64,000 nt of DNA. It comes from the human T2T-CHM13v2.0 reference genome, Homo sapiens. Shown here one piece after another: positions 31,414 through 45,629 of the stretch. The first letter of the stretch is position 1; each line of letters begins with the position of its first letter. A program made the translations under genes and the position numbers. Below the pieces are notes generated by a model that made no database searches, was not told the DNA's origin, and saw nothing but the letters and a program-made list of their open reading frames with translations. Where the stretch lies: assembly GCF_009914755.1 (NCBI RefSeq), contig NC_060930.1, one strand, 5' to 3'.

Positions 31414-32369
31414 TGTCCTTTGAGATAAAAAGGGCCAAATTCTGAAAGGGGAAACATTGAAGTAGGCCCTTTCAAGGTCACACATGTACAGTCAACATTC
31501 TATATACACTCTTTTTCTTTCCTCACTACTTCTCTAGTCACGTCGCACAGTGCTCAAGTTTGATCTGGTTTGGTTTAGTTTTTATTTTTCTTCCCCTAAA
31601 CTGATACCCCACCTATCCCCCTTCCCCACTCCAATGATTGTAAATTGCCCAAAAGTCCACGTGAAGTGTATGTGTTTTCCAAGCTGTGGAGACATTGCCC
31701 TCCCTCATTTAGTTCAGGAATAGTCCATGGGGAGTCTTGGTTGGGAGAAATGAAAGAGATAAGGATGTAAATGAGTGAGGTGATTAGCACCCAGGCAGCA
31801 TCCGATAAATGTCAACAGCCCGTCAGCACAAGAGAAAGATTTCTAATGGGCTCTTCTATTACCTACCACAGAGAAGTTGAGAATTCTTCTGCAATGAACG
31901 TCCCCAGGCTGCACACACAGGGCAGCAGAGTCCCAACCTCCATTCTGAAAATCACCAGGCATTAATCATTCAACAAAAATGCGTTGAATGTCTACTATGA
32001 TAAAGACATCATGCTTGGTATTTTAAAAAATCTGATCTTTCCTATTCATTTAACTGATAAGATCTTGGAAATTGATAGTATCAGCATATATTATATTTGG
32101 TCAAAATAGATAAAAACATAGAGAATTATTTCTTCAGGTCTTGGGCCAAATCTCCACAACCAATTACATTCAGTTATCAGTTTGAGCAAGTCAGAAATGA
32201 TTTTAGAACACAAAGTTCTAAATGACCATTTCATTTCCCATTGTAGTATAATTCCTTGTCATATTAGCCATTTTTCAAGATTGAAATAAAGTTCAACTAT
32301 ACACTCAAGTCCATGTAACAGATATTTATTGGTGGGGCAAGTATTCACATTTACTAAACAATGACTTTG

Positions 32370-32550
32370 TTGTATAAACTGAGAGGCCCCTTTACATATA
32401 TGTTCTCGTTTACATTCACATTGACTGTTATTACCACCATTTTACAGATGAAGAAATTAAAACTCAGGAAAGTAAAGCAACTAAGCATATATCACAGCAC
32501 TAGTACAAGGTAAAACCAGAACTTGATTGTACCTCTATTTGATTTCAAGT
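32370..32550 (-). mobile_element. MIR fragment
   Basis: CCATTTTACAGATGAAGAAATTAAAACTCAG core. Confidence 0.65.
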
Positions 32551-34327
32551 GACCTCCATGTGTCAGAAGTCATAACTTGTACAGGCATACACAGTTGATT
32601 TCAGGCCACTTGATTAAGTAGTACAAAAAGCTGGCACAGGACAAACCTGCCCCAATCCATACATGTGCCTTGCTATATAAGACAGTTCCAATGCCCTCTA
32701 TTTCTTTTGTTACTTCCTACTACTCTGCAGAGCTAATCATTCTCCTGCAAATAATATAGACTGAATATTATTTTGCATCTCAGAATTTTAGTAAAATTAA
32801 AGTCATAGAACATAGCTATCATTTTCATAACAGTTAATCAAGGAACAACAGCTTGTGTGGTAAACTGAAAAATCATTGCTTCCTCGATTCATAATCCATG
32901 CAAACAGAGAAATACCATGAATAGGCTTGAGTTAGACAGTTGGCTACAGTTGTGCCCTGTATATTCTGCCTAGCAACAACCGTCTGGTCTTCCAAAGATG
33001 ACAGAGCCCTGGGAGCTGGGTACTGACCCTGTGGAATGTGTGGAGCGCTGAGTGTGCAGGTTGCTGGAAGGCAGGGATTAAGGGAGGGCTGGCAAGCATG
33101 GGCTGGACTCTGAGGGCAGCACTGAAAGATGTGTGTGTGTCCTATGCGCGGAAGAGAGTTGGACCACACAGAAGGAGCTGAAAAACAAAGCAGAGGCAAG
33201 GGATACCTTGTTGACATTTTTAAAGGAAGACCAGAGGTTTTTGGGAGATATCCGACCCCCTAACCCACACATCCAGGTGCATACCTTCTTTTCACCTATG
33301 CCCAATCCTCATTTCTCACCAGACTTTGTGAAACCTCTACAGGGATCATGTTCTTGCATATTGGATACCACACGTCATTGTGTCGTAATTATGCCTGCTG
33401 ATGTGTTACTGCCCTAAAGAGCATCAGTCATCCCTTCCCCTCTGCTCTTCTGTCTCCTTCCTTTCCTCTGTTTTCCTCATCTCTGCAATGTTTCCCTCAG
33501 TCACACAGATACAGTTGACAGCAACAGGACTCAAGCAGGGCTTAAGAGGTGACCACAGGTAGCAGTAGGTGAGGCTCCATTTCAGAGGGTACTGTCTTCA
33601 AATGAGAGTCTGAAAAAATGACCTCCTCCCACCGAGGAATGTGTTCAATGAAAAAGACTAAAAATTACCTGTAATCTCATCTCCTAAAGAGACAGCCACT
33701 ATTCATATTTTGGTAATTTCCTTCCAGCAGTTTTTACCTAGAACTTTTCTTTTATAAAATTGCCACTATATGTATGTGTATTTCTCAATAATTATATACA
33801 ACCTATAATATTAATGTATGATATATTCTTTACATTATAACCTACAGAGATCTTCTTAATATATCATTGAAATTACAAATATAGTACATATGAGAATATG
33901 TATGCAGATATAGATATTTGCTATACATATAAATATAGAAACAGGTTTAAGTATATATAATAGTTCAATAGCATATTTTTTCATTTAAGATATGATCAGC
34001 TTCTTCTCATGTCAATGAATATTCTTTTTCTTTTAATTTTTGTGGGTACATAGTAGGTGTATATATTTATGAGGTGCATGAGGTATTTTGATAAAGGCAT
34101 ACAATATATATAATCAAATCAGGGTAAATGGGGTATTCATCACCTCAACCGTTTATCCTTTCTTTGTGTTATAAGCAATCTAATTATAAACTTTAATTGT
34201 TTTTAAATGTACAATAAATTATTTTACATATAGGCACCCTGTTGTGCTATCAAATACTAGATCTTATTCATTCAACATAATCATATTTTTGTACCCATTA
34301 ACCATCCCCACTTTCAACTGCAGCCTT

Positions 34328-34415
34328 CTAACCACCTTTTCCAGCCTCTGGTAACCATCCTTCTACTCACCCCCCTAACTACCCTTTCCAGCTCCTGGTA
34401 ACCATCCTTCTACTC
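34328..34415. repeat. ~47-bp tandem duplication in the L1 3' UTR
   Basis: CTAACCACCTTTTCCAGCCTCTGGTAACCATCCTTCTACTC present twice, slightly diverged. Confidence 0.85.
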
Positions 34416-36773
34416 TTTATAACCATGAGTTCAATTGTTTTAATATTTTTAGCTCCCACAAATAAGTGAGAAAATGTGGTTTGTCTTTCTGTATTTGGCT
34501 TATTTCACGTAACATGATGACCATTCATCCATGTTGTTGCAAATGACAGGATCTCATTTTTGTTTACGACTGAATAGTACTCCATTGTGTATATGTACCA
34601 CTTTTTCTTTATTCATTCATCTGCAGATGCACACTTAGGTTGCCTCCAAATCTTGGCTATTGTGATTAGTGCTGCAATAAACATGAGAGTGCAGGTATCA
34701 CTTCAATATACAAATTTCCTTTCCTTTGGGTAAATGCCTATTAGTGGGATTGCTGGATCATATAGTAGTTCTGTTTTTAGTGTTTTGAAGAACCTCCAAA
34801 CTGTTCTTCATAGTGGTTGTATTAATTTATGTTCCCACCAACAGTGTACGAGGGTTTCCCTTTCTCCACATCCTCACCAGCATTTGTTATTGCCTATCTT
34901 TTGAAGATAAGCTATTTTAATTGGCATTAGATTATATCTCATTGTAGTTTGGATTTACATTACTCTGATAATCAGTAATGTCAAGCACCTTTTCATATAC
35001 CTGTCGGCCATTATATGTCTTCTTTTGAGAAATGTCTATTCAGATTTTTGCCCATTTTTTAATCAAACTATTAGATTTTTTCCCTATAGAGTTGTTTGAG
35101 CTCCTTATATATTTTGGTTATTAATCCTTTATCAGATAGTGAGTTTGCAAATATTTTCTCTCATTGTGTAGATTGTCTTTTCACTTTTTTGACTGTTCCC
35201 TTGGCCATGCAGAAGCTTTTTAACTCAATGTGATCCCATTTGTCCATTTTTGCTTTGGTTATCTGTGCTTGTGAGGTATTACTTAAGAAACCTTTGTCCA
35301 CTACAACATCCCAGAGGGTTTATTCAATGTTTTCTTGTAGTAGTTTCATAGTTTGAGGTCTTAGATTTAAGTCTTTAATATATTTTGACTTGATTTTTGT
35401 ATACAGCAAGAAATAGGAGTCTAGTTTTATTCTTCTGCGTATGAATTTCCAGCATTCTCTATTCTGTTCCACTGGTCTATGTGTCTGTTTTTATGTCAGT
35501 ATCATGCTGCTTTGGTTACTATAGCTCTATAGTATAATTTGAAGTCAATTAATATGATTCCTCCCGTTTTGTTGTTTTTGCTCAGGATAATTTTGGCTAT
35601 TCTAGTTTTTTTATGGTTCCATATGAATTGTAGAATTGCTTTTTCTATTTCTGTGAAGAATGTCATTAGTATTTTCATAGAGGTTGCATTGAATCTGTAG
35701 ACTGCTTTGGGTAGTATGGACAGTTTAACAATATTGATTCTTCCAATCCATGAACATGAAATATGTTTACATTTTTTGTATCCTTTGCATTTCTTGCATC
35801 AATGCTTTATAGTTTTCATTCTAGAGATCTTTCACTTCTTTGGTTAAGCTAATTCCTTGGTGTTTCATTTATCTGTAGCATTACAAGTGGGATTACTTTC
35901 TTGATTTTCTTTTCATATTCTTCCCTGGTGGCATATAGAAATGCTACTGATTTTTGTTGGTTGGTTTTGTATCCTGCAACTTGACTGAATTCATTTATCA
36001 GTTCTAATAGTTTTCTGGTAGAGTCTTCAGGTTTATCCAAATATAAGATCAAACAAGGATAATTTGACTGCTTCTTTCCAATTTGGATGCCCCTCTTTTT
36101 TTTTTCCTCGTCTGATTGCTCTAGCTAGGACTTCCAGCACTATTGAATAGCAGTGGTGAAAGTGGCCATCCTTGTCGTGCTCCATATCTTAGAGAAAAGG
36201 CTTTCAGTTTTTTTCAGTTTTTCCCTATTTGGTATGGTGCTAGCTGTGGGTCTGTCATAGATGGCTTTTATTACATTGAGGTATATTCCTTCTATATCCA
36301 ATTATTGAAGGATTTTTATAATGAAGACATGTTTAATTTTATAAAATGCTTTGTCAGCATCAATTGAACTGATTATATGATTTTTTGTCCTTTATTCTGT
36401 TGATATGATGTATCACAATGATTAATTTGCATATGTTGAACTATCCTTGCAACCCTGAGATGCATCCCACTTGGTCACCAAGAGTGACCTTGACCTTTTT
36501 AATGTGTTAATTTCAGTTGGTTAGTATTTTATTAAGAATTTTTGCATCAATGTTCATCAAGAATATTGACCTGTAGCTTTCTTTTTTGATGTGTCTTTGT
36601 CTGGTTTTGGTATCATGGTAATACTGGCCTTGCCAAATGAGTTCAGAAGTATTCCCTCTCTTCCTTTGTTTATTCAGAATAGGTTGAATAGAATTAGTAT
36701 TAGTTCTCCTTTAATATTTGGTAAACTTCGTCAGTGAAGGCATCAGGTCCTAGGGTTGTCTTTACTGGGAGAC

Positions 36774-37076
36774 TTTTTTTTTTTTTTTTTTTTTTTGAGA
36801 CAGAATCTTGGTCTGTCACCAGGCTGGAGTGCAGTGGCACAATCTCAGCCCATTGAAACCTCTGCCTCCCAGGTTAAAGTGATTCTCCTGCCTCAGCCTC
36901 CCAAGTAGCTGGGACTACAGGCATGCGCCACCATGCCCAGCTAATTTTTTGTATTTTTAGTGGAGACAGGGTTTCACCATATTAACCAGGATGGTCTTGA
37001 TCTCCTGACCTCATGATCCACCTGCCTCGGCCTCCCAAAGTGCTGGGATTACAGGCATAAGCCACTGCACCCGGCC
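36774..37076 (-). mobile_element. AluSc nested in L1MA
   Basis: CTGTCACCAGGCTGG (Sc single-base gap); TSD TGGGAGACTTTT 36766-36777 / 37077-37088. Confidence 0.93.
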
Positions 37077-37587
37077 TGGGAGACTTTTAATTACAGGCTC
37101 AATCTCATGACTAATTGGTCTGTTCAGGTTTTGGATTTCTTCATGGTTCAATTTTTTGTAGGTTGGATGTGTCTAGGAGTTTATCCATCTTTCTAAGTTT
37201 TCCATTTTATTGGCATATACTTGCTCATAGCAATCCTAATGATCCTTTGAATTTCTACAGTATCAATTGTAATGCCTCATTTTTCATCTCTGATTTTAGT
37301 TATTGGGCCTTCCCTTTTTTACTTAGACTAAAGGTTTGTTGATGTTGTTTATCTTTTCAAAACACCAACTATTTATTTAATTGATCTTTTGCATTATTTT
37401 CTTCATTTCAATTTCATTTATTTCTGCTCTGATCTTTTTTATTTTCCTCTACTAATTTTGGGTTTGGTTTACTCTTGCTTTTCTATTTCTTTAAGATGCA
37501 TTGTTAGAATGTTTATTTGAAGTTTTTCTACTTTTTGATGTAGGCACTTATTTCTATAAACTTCCCTGTACTACCACTTTCACTGTA

Positions 37588-37983
37588 TGTTAGTCTTCTC
37601 TTGCGTTGCTATGAAGAAATGCCTGAGACTAGCAATTTATAAACAAAAGAGGTTTAATTGGCTCGCAGTTCTGCAGGCTGTACAGGAAGCATAATATCAG
37701 CATCTTCTAGGCTTCTAGGAAGGTCTAAGGGAACTTTAACTAATGGCAGAAGGCAAAGAAGGAACAGGCACATCACATGGCAAAAGCAAGAGCAAGAAGG
37801 AGGAGGTGCCACACGCTTTTAAACGAGATCTTGTGACAACTCACCCACTATCACAAAGACAGCACTAAGCTATCAGGGATTCACCTTCATCACCCAAACA
37901 CCTTCCACCAGGTCCTATCTCCAACACTAGGGATTACAATTTAACATTAGATTTGAGTGGGAACAAATATCCAAATGATATCG
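37588..37983 (-). mobile_element. MSTB solo LTR nested in L1MA
   Basis: AAAAGAGGTTTAATTGGCTCGCAGTTCTGCAGGCTGTACAGGAAGC. Confidence 0.88.
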
Positions 37984-40900
37984 TGCTATATCTCGTAGGT
38001 TTTGGTATGTTGAGTTTCCATTTTCATTGGCTTCAAGAATTTTTAAATTTTCCTTCTTAATTTCTTCACTGACCCACTGGTCATTCAGAAGCAAACTGTT
38101 TAATTTCTATGTGTCTGTATAATTTCCAAAATTCTTGTTATTAATTTCTAGTTTTATTCCATTGTAGTCAGAGAAGATACTTGATATAATTTCAATGTTT
38201 TTGAAAATTTAAAGACTTGTTTTGTGGCTAACATAGGGTCTATCCTGGAGAATAATCCACGTATTAAAGAGAGTAATGTGTATTCTGCAGCCATTGAATG
38301 AAATGTTTTATAAATATCTATTAGGTCCATGTGGTATATGGTGCAGATTAAGACCAATGTTTCTTTGTTGATTTTCTGTTTGGAAGATCTGTCCAACGCT
38401 GAAAGTGGGATATTGAACTCTCCAGCAATTATTGTGTTAGGGTCTATTTTCACATTAGCTCTAATCATATTTGCTTTATATATCTAGGTTCTCCAGTGTT
38501 GGGTGCATATATATTTACAATTGTTATATGCTTTTGCTGAATTGACCTCTTTATCATTATATTATGATCTTATTTGTCTCTTTTTATAGTTTTTGTTTTG
38601 AAACCTATTTTGTCTAAGTATTAGCTATCCTTGATCTTTTCATGGTTTTTATTTGCATAGAATATCTTTTTCCATCCTTTTATTTTTCAGTCTATGTCTG
38701 TCTTTATAGATAAAGTGTGTTTCTTGTAGGCATCAAATTTTTGGGTATTTTTTTAATCCATTCAGTCACTCTATGTCTTTTGATTGGAGAGTTTAGTCCA
38801 TTTATATTCAATGCTGATAAGTAAGGACTTACTCCTTCCATTTTAAAATTTGTTTTCTGGTTGGTTTTTGGTCTTCTCTTCCTTCTTTCCATCCTTCCTG
38901 TCTTCCTTTTCATGAAGATGATTTTCTCAGGTGGTATGTTTTAATTTCTTGCTTTTTATTTTTTGTGTATCTCTTGTATGGTTTTTGACTTGAGGTTACC
39001 ATAGGGCTAGCAAATAATATCTTATAACCCATTATTTTAAAATCATGATAACTTAACACTGATTGCATGAACAAACAAGCAAGCAAGCAAAGAGGAAACT
39101 AATAAAAGGTCTACATTTTCAGTTCATCCCGCTACTTCTTAACTTTTTGTTGTTTCTATTTATGTCTTATTTTACTATCTATGTCTTGAAAAGTTGTTGT
39201 AGCTATTATTTTTGATAGGCTCATTTTTTAGTCTTTCTACCTAAGATATGAGTAGTTTACACATCACAATTACAGTGTTATAATATCCTGTGTTTTTCTG
39301 TGTGCTTATGATTACCAGTGAGTTTTGTGCCTATAGATTATTTCTTATTGCTCATCAATGTCCTTTCCTTTCAGACTGAAGAACTCCCTTTAGTATTTAT
39401 TGTAGGACAGGTCTGGTGCTGATGAAATCTCTCAGATTTTACTTTTCTGGGAAAGTTTTTATTTCCTCTTCATGTTTGAAGGATACTTTTGCTAGATACA
39501 CTATTCTAGGATAAAAGTTTTTCCTTCAGCACTTTAAATATGTTGTACCACCCTCCTCTGGCCTGTAAAGTTCCCACGGAGAAGTTTGATGCCAGACATA
39601 TTGAAGCTCCATTGAATGTTATCTCTTTCTTTTCTCTTGCTGCTTTTAGGATCCCTTCTTTATCTTTGATGTTTATAAGTCTGACTATTACATTCCTTGA
39701 GATAGTCTTCTTTGGATTAAATCTGCTTGTGTTCTATCATCATCTAGTACTTAAATATTAATAGCTTTCTCTAGGATTGGGAAGTTCTCTTTTATTATCC
39801 CTTTGAATAACTTTGAATAAACTTTGCACCCCAATCTCTTGCTCCCTACTCTTTAAGGCCAATGATCTTAGATTTCCCCTTTTGAAGCTATTTTCTAGAT
39901 CTTATAAGTGTGCTTTATTCTTTTTTATTCTCTTTTATTCCTCTCCTGTGACTGTGTATTTTCAAATAGCCTGACTTCAAATTCATGAATTCTTTCTGCT
40001 GCTGGATAAATTCTGCTCTTAGGAGAATCTGATGCATTCTTCAGTATGTCAATTTCATTTTTCAGCTGCAGAATTTCTTCTTGATTCTTTTTAATTCTTT
40101 CAATCTCTTCGTTAAATTTATCTGATAGAGTTCTGAATTCCTTCTCCATGTTATCTTGAGCTTCCTCAAAGCAGCTATTTTGAATTTTCTGTCTGAAAGA
40201 ACACATACTTCTGTCTCTCCAGGATTGGTCCCTGGTACCTTATTTAGTTCATTTGGAGGTCATGTTTTCCTGGCTGGCCCTGATGCTTGTGAATGTTCTT
40301 TGGTGGTAGGCATTGAAGAGTCACATACTTATTGTAATCTTCACAGTCTGGGCTTGTTTGTACCCATCCTTTTTGGGAAGACTTTCCAAGTATTCAAAGG
40401 GACATAGTAAGTCTTTGGTCACTGCAGCTATATCTGCTTTGGGGGGCATCCCAAGTCTAATAATGCAATGGCTCTTGCAAACTCATAGAGATACTATCTT
40501 GATGGTCTTAGGTAAGATCTGGAAGAATTCCCTGGATTACCAGGCAGAGAACCTTCTTCTCTTTTATTACTTCCCCTAAACAAATAGAGTCTCCCTCTCT
40601 GTGCTGAGCTGCCTAGAGCTGGGGAAAGGGTGACACAAGAACCCCTGTGGCTACAACCACTGGGACTGCACTGGGCCAGATCCAAAGCTAGCACAGCACT
40701 GTGTCTCTCCCAAGACCCAGTGACCACTGCCTGGCTACTGCCTATGTTCACTCAAAGCCCAAGGGATCTACAATCAGCAGGTGGAAAATTCAGCCAGGTT
40801 TGTGTCCTTCCCTTCAGGGTATTGATTTCCCTCAGCCCCAGGTGGGTTTGGAGATGGCATCCGGGTGCCACGGCCTGGAGTCAGGAAACTCAGGAATCTA

Positions 40901-42633
40901 CTGGTGCTTTGTTCTCCTGTGACTAAGCTAGCCCTCAAGTTGCAAGGAAAAATTCTTGCCACTCTTTCTTCCACTTTCCTCAAGCAGAGGAATCTCTCTG
41001 TGGCCACCACTGCCCCAGCTTGCAGCCAAGTACTCCTGGCTACTGCTGATGTTCACTCAAGGCCCCAGGGCTCTTCAGTCAGCTTGTGGTGAATGCTGCT
41101 AGTCCTGGGTCTCCCCTTTCAGGGAAATGGGCTCCCCTGTGGCCCCGGGCAGGTCCAAAAATGCCATCCACGAGCCAAGGTCTGGAGCACCAGAAGCTTG
41201 CTTGGTGCTCTCTCCCACTGTGTTGAACGGTGGTACCCAAGCTGCATGACAAAGTCCTCTGTACACTTCCCACTCATTTTCTCAAGCAGAAGGGGTCTCT
41301 CCACATAGTTGTCACAGCTGGAAATGATGTGCTGGGCCATACCTGGAGACAGCACAGCTCTGAGCCTCACCCACAGCCTGTGGTGAGTACTGGCTAGCTA
41401 CCACTAATGATTATTCAGAGCCCAAGGGCTCTTTAGTCAGCAGGTGATTAATTCTCCTAGGACTGGGTCCTTCCCTTCAAGGCAGCAGATTCTTCCCTGG
41501 CCCAGAGTGTGTTTAGAGATGTCATCTGGGAGATAGGTCCTGGAATGGGAGCCTCAGGACTCTGCCTGCTGCCTTCTTCTACTGTGTCTGAGCTGGTATC
41601 CAAGTTTCAAGACAAAGTCCTCTTCACTCTCCTCTCTCCTCTTCTCAAGCAGAGGGAAGCAGTCTCTCCTAGAGTTGTAAGCTATGCTGCCGGGTTTGTG
41701 GAGGGGTGGCACAAGCACTCCCTTGGCCACCCTAGCTGGTATTTCAATAGGTCACTGGCTAAGTCCAAGTCCACTGGCTCTGAGCCCTGCACAGAACTGG
41801 GACTTGCCCAAAAATTGCAGTCCTTGTAGTCTAAACTGCCTTTCAAGTTTATCTAGGCCCCAGAGCACTTTAGCCCAGGATGGCCGAGCTTGCTGGAACT
41901 CAGATTTCAATGGCTGGAATGAACAATTTGTCTCTGGCTAGTGCTGGTCTAAATGCTCCCACCGTGGGCACTGGCTGAGTTCTGCACCAAGTTGCTTTCT
42001 GCTGTGACAGGGTGGCACTGAGTTACAATGCAAAGCCTCACAATCACTATACAGTGATTGTGCATGCAGATTCTCTCTCCATGCCACACAGCTGCTGCTG
42101 GGCGATGTGGGAGGAGTGCTATAGGCGATTTAAGACTGTCTTTCCAATCCTCTTCACTGCCTCTTCCCTTAGTATGATTTCAAAGCAAGATATTGTGATC
42201 GTCCACCTGATTTTTGGTTCTTATAAAGGTGATTTTTCCTATGGAGAGTTGTTCAGTTTGGTGTTGCTGCAGGGAGGGCAATCACTGGAGGCTTCTATTT
42301 AGCCATCTTGCTCTGCCTCCTCTCAATGAATAATCTTAAAAACAAAATGTTTTTAACAAATGACATGCCATCTTATAAATATGACATAACTTATTTAAAG
42401 ATTTTTCTGTTGTTAGACATCTAGGTTGCTTCAGGGTTTTATTGTCAAATTAATACATTAATAAATACCTTGTATATAAATTAACCTGGGCATTTATGTT
42501 TATTTTCATTAAATAATTACAGCTAATATTTACTGGTTGGAGCTAAATGCTTTACACATACATTATCTCATTTAATCTTCACAATAATTTGTGAGATAGG
42601 TTTTATTATTACCCCCATTTTACAGACCATGCC

Positions 42634-43036
42634 TGTGCATTGTGCCATTCTTGCCTTGCTATAAAGAAGTACTTGAGACAGGGTAATTTATAAAGAAAAG
42701 AGGTTTAATTGGCTCATGATTCTGTAGGCTGAACAGGAAGTATGGCTCTGTCATCTGCTCGGCTTCTGGGGAGGCCTCTGGGAGCTTTTACTCATGGTAG
42801 AAGGCTAAGTAGGAGCAGGCATATCACGTGCCAAGAGCACAATAAAGGGCGTGGGGAGATGCTACACACTTTTAAACAGCTAGATCTCATGAGAACTCAC
42901 TCACTATCATAAGAACAGGAACAAACCATGAGGGATCCATCCCTATAACCAAAACACCTCCCACCAGGCCCCACCTCCAACAGGGGATTACATTTCAACA
43001 TGAGATTTGGGTGGGACAAGTATCCAAACCATATCA
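42634..43036 (-). mobile_element. MSTB solo LTR interrupting a MIR (~42530-43150)
   Basis: MST body ending CCAAACCATATCA; MIR core CCCATTTTACAG on the left continues GTTAAATAAATTGTTCAAGCTCACAC on the right. Confidence 0.88.
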
Positions 43037-43879
43037 GTGTGGCATACGGAAGTTAAATAAATTGTTCAAGCTCACACAAGAAAAAAATGGTGGAGTCAGG
43101 GTTCAAATGCAGGCAATCTTACCCCAGAGCCTGAACTCCCATGCTCTGCTATAACTTCCTAAAGATGGAATCATACAAAATCAAAGGCTATGGAGATCTT
43201 ATTAATTTGTGTTTTTACTAAAATAATTTCTGTATGTAGGATAAGAAAAGTCTAAACAGCACAGAGTGGTATTAAATAAAAAATGAAAGACTTCCACACC
43301 CTTCTTCCCCCACCTACCAGTCTGACTTCCTAAAGAAGATAGTTAAACCTTTATTCTTTTTGCTATTTTGATAACTACCACTATAATTTGCAATAAAATA
43401 CAAGTTTTTGAAGCAGTATTTGGTCAAGTAATTGAAAAGGTCAGTTAGCATGAGGAATTATCATTAATTAGAATTACAGACTATCAATGTGTGGCCAAAG
43501 TATTTTCTATTAGAGACAAAGCTGCCAATTTGAATGTCACATGGCCTGTCACACATCAACTGCAACTGGAATGCCTGGTTTGTCTCTGATTTTCAGTATT
43601 AATATCTTAACTGTGACGTGAATAACATCACTTACAAAGCAACTGTGTGCAGAATCGCTACAGGTTGTTTTTTATTTTCTTCCAATCTTTTAATATCACC
43701 TTCTCATATCTAATTCAATGCAATATTTTTGGCAACTTCCCTTTAATAAAGCATTTTCAAAGCATTTTCCTGACTTTTTAGACAACAACACCTCTCATTT
43801 CACACTTCTATTAGTTTACTTAAAATGTAATTAAGTTACATAAGAATATGCACTTCATAACATGTATTTTTATAATAAT

Positions 43880-44187
43880 TATATTAGACCACCAGGGCTT
43901 CCATAGCAAAATACCACAGACTGGGTAGCTTAAACAACAGAATTTTATTTCCTCACACTTCTGGAGACCTGAATTCTAAAATCAAGGGCCCATTAGGGTT
44001 GGTTTTGGTAAAACCTCTCTTCCTGGCTTTCAGACAGCCACCTTCCTTCTGTGTCCTTACATGGAGACCTCTGGTGTCTCTTTCTCTTCTTAAAAGGGCA
44101 ATCACCCTGTTAGATTAAGCCCCCATCCTTGTGACCTCATTTAACCTTACTTACCTTCCTGAAGGCTCTATCTCCAAATGCAACTAT
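43880..44187 (-). mobile_element. MLT1A/B LTR, truncated
   Basis: CCATAGCAAAATACCACAGACTGGGTAGCTTAAACAACAG...GACCTCATTTAACCTT. Confidence 0.85.
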
Positions 44188-45629
44188 CTTGGTTCATCCG
44201 AGTGACGCAGTCATGTGATGTCTTTCAGTAGGCAAATGCAAATGAGTGGCTGCGCAAAGATTATTACAATGAAAAATAGTAACATTAGTTGAGGACAGAA
44301 GGAAACAAGTTTATTAAAAGAGTAATGTTGGGTATGTGCCTTCTGTTCCAAATTTAAATACATTTCCCCCATTTGAGAAAAGGAAATGTGTGCATTGTGA
44401 AGTTCCAAAATATCTCTGCCTAAAATATGTATGGAAGCCATGGGAAGAAACAGAAAGAAATGAAAAGCCATCGAGTAAGCCTACCTGGAATTCTAATCAT
44501 TTGGACTTTCATACAGTCATAGGTTGATTAGATGTGTCTACCATTTGTACAGTTTTATTACTCTGAGAAAGGGGACAATTTAAAGGGGTAGGGCTGAGAA
44601 TGAAAAGAGTAGCTGCAGTGTCTACATGGGCACATATATGTTCTCTATTCATGGAAATTTCCATTTATCCTAAGATATTAGTTAGGAGAAATTGGAAAGC
44701 ACCTTTTAGATCCTTAGAGAAACCCTATTCATCTTGTGGGGTTCTATATTTTTGTTGGCCCTGCTGTCATTTAAGTTTTCTGCAATCTTTTTTGAAATGG
44801 CCAAGCTATTTACAATAGAAGCAAATACCCCTTCTATCATTAGAAGGAGGCACCTGTCCTTTCTAAAAGGCCTGGTCTGACAAATCAATTGTTATAGTTG
44901 TCAATTAATAATCTTTGAGGCCCTAGTGGTTTCTTCTTTCTGAATAGTTTTAGAAAGTTTATCTGCCAGGCTTACTAACTCGTGGATTTGTACAGTTACC
45001 TTGTCTCTGGCCCCCTCCTTGGAGCTTCTATTTTTGCAGTCTCTTTCAGGGTAAAACCCACAGCAAGAGGTGAGCCTGTTGTTATATATGCCCCTTGGAC
45101 AAAGACTGAACTTAACAATACCATGAAAGACTTCCCAGACCCATTCCAAGATCCCATAGGGATTGCAAAAGAATTTAATTTAATTGGCCGGGTGTGGTGT
45201 CTTGTATCTTTTAACTAAGATAGCCAACTCATCATTTAAGCCATTGAGGGAAATAGAATTTATAAGGAAATCATTCCGATGATCTTGGAAGCTAGCATCA
45301 GCCATTTGGAAAATTGTTCAGAGGTGTTTTCAAACTGTTCAAAATAATCAAGCACAGATTTGTCTGGTCTTTGAGTACATTGTTGAATTCTCTTTAATCT
45401 ACATATTTAGATTGCAGATCTGGAGAATGAAATCATAAAGAGCCTTGGCCAAAGTGTGGACCCTTTCATGGTCAGTTTCAGTCTGTTTTTTGAAAATCCT
45501 CTAACGGATTATTTTAGCTTCCCTTTTTCAACTGTTCACTGGCCATGCCTTCTGATACCAGCATGTGAACTAATTGATAGATCTCAGAATATTCAGGCTC
45601 ATAATTTCAGACAATTAAATAAAAAAAAA

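Larger units (their letters stand above)
34027..42322 (-). mobile_element. Full-length L1MA2/L1MA3 (L1M1-type 5' UTR) carrying nested AluSc and MSTB
   Basis: 3' end TGTGGGTACATAGTAGGTGTATATATTTAT; antisense ORF2/ORF1 remnants (38154-38468 EN, 39925-40206 ORF1 coiled coil); 5' end GAGGAGGCAGAGCAAGATGGCT; 15-bp TSD TCAATGAATATTCTT 34012-34026 / TCAATGAATAATCTT 42323-42337. Confidence 0.9.

Noticed and set aside
33133-33417. 94-aa ORF or possible exon in unique sequence
   Set aside because: No recognisable domain, non-ATG start, and no convincing acceptor/donor pair or partner exons.
40494-42302. Dense cluster of ORFs on both strands
   Set aside because: These lie in the GC-richer L1MA 5' UTR, where stop codons are rarer.
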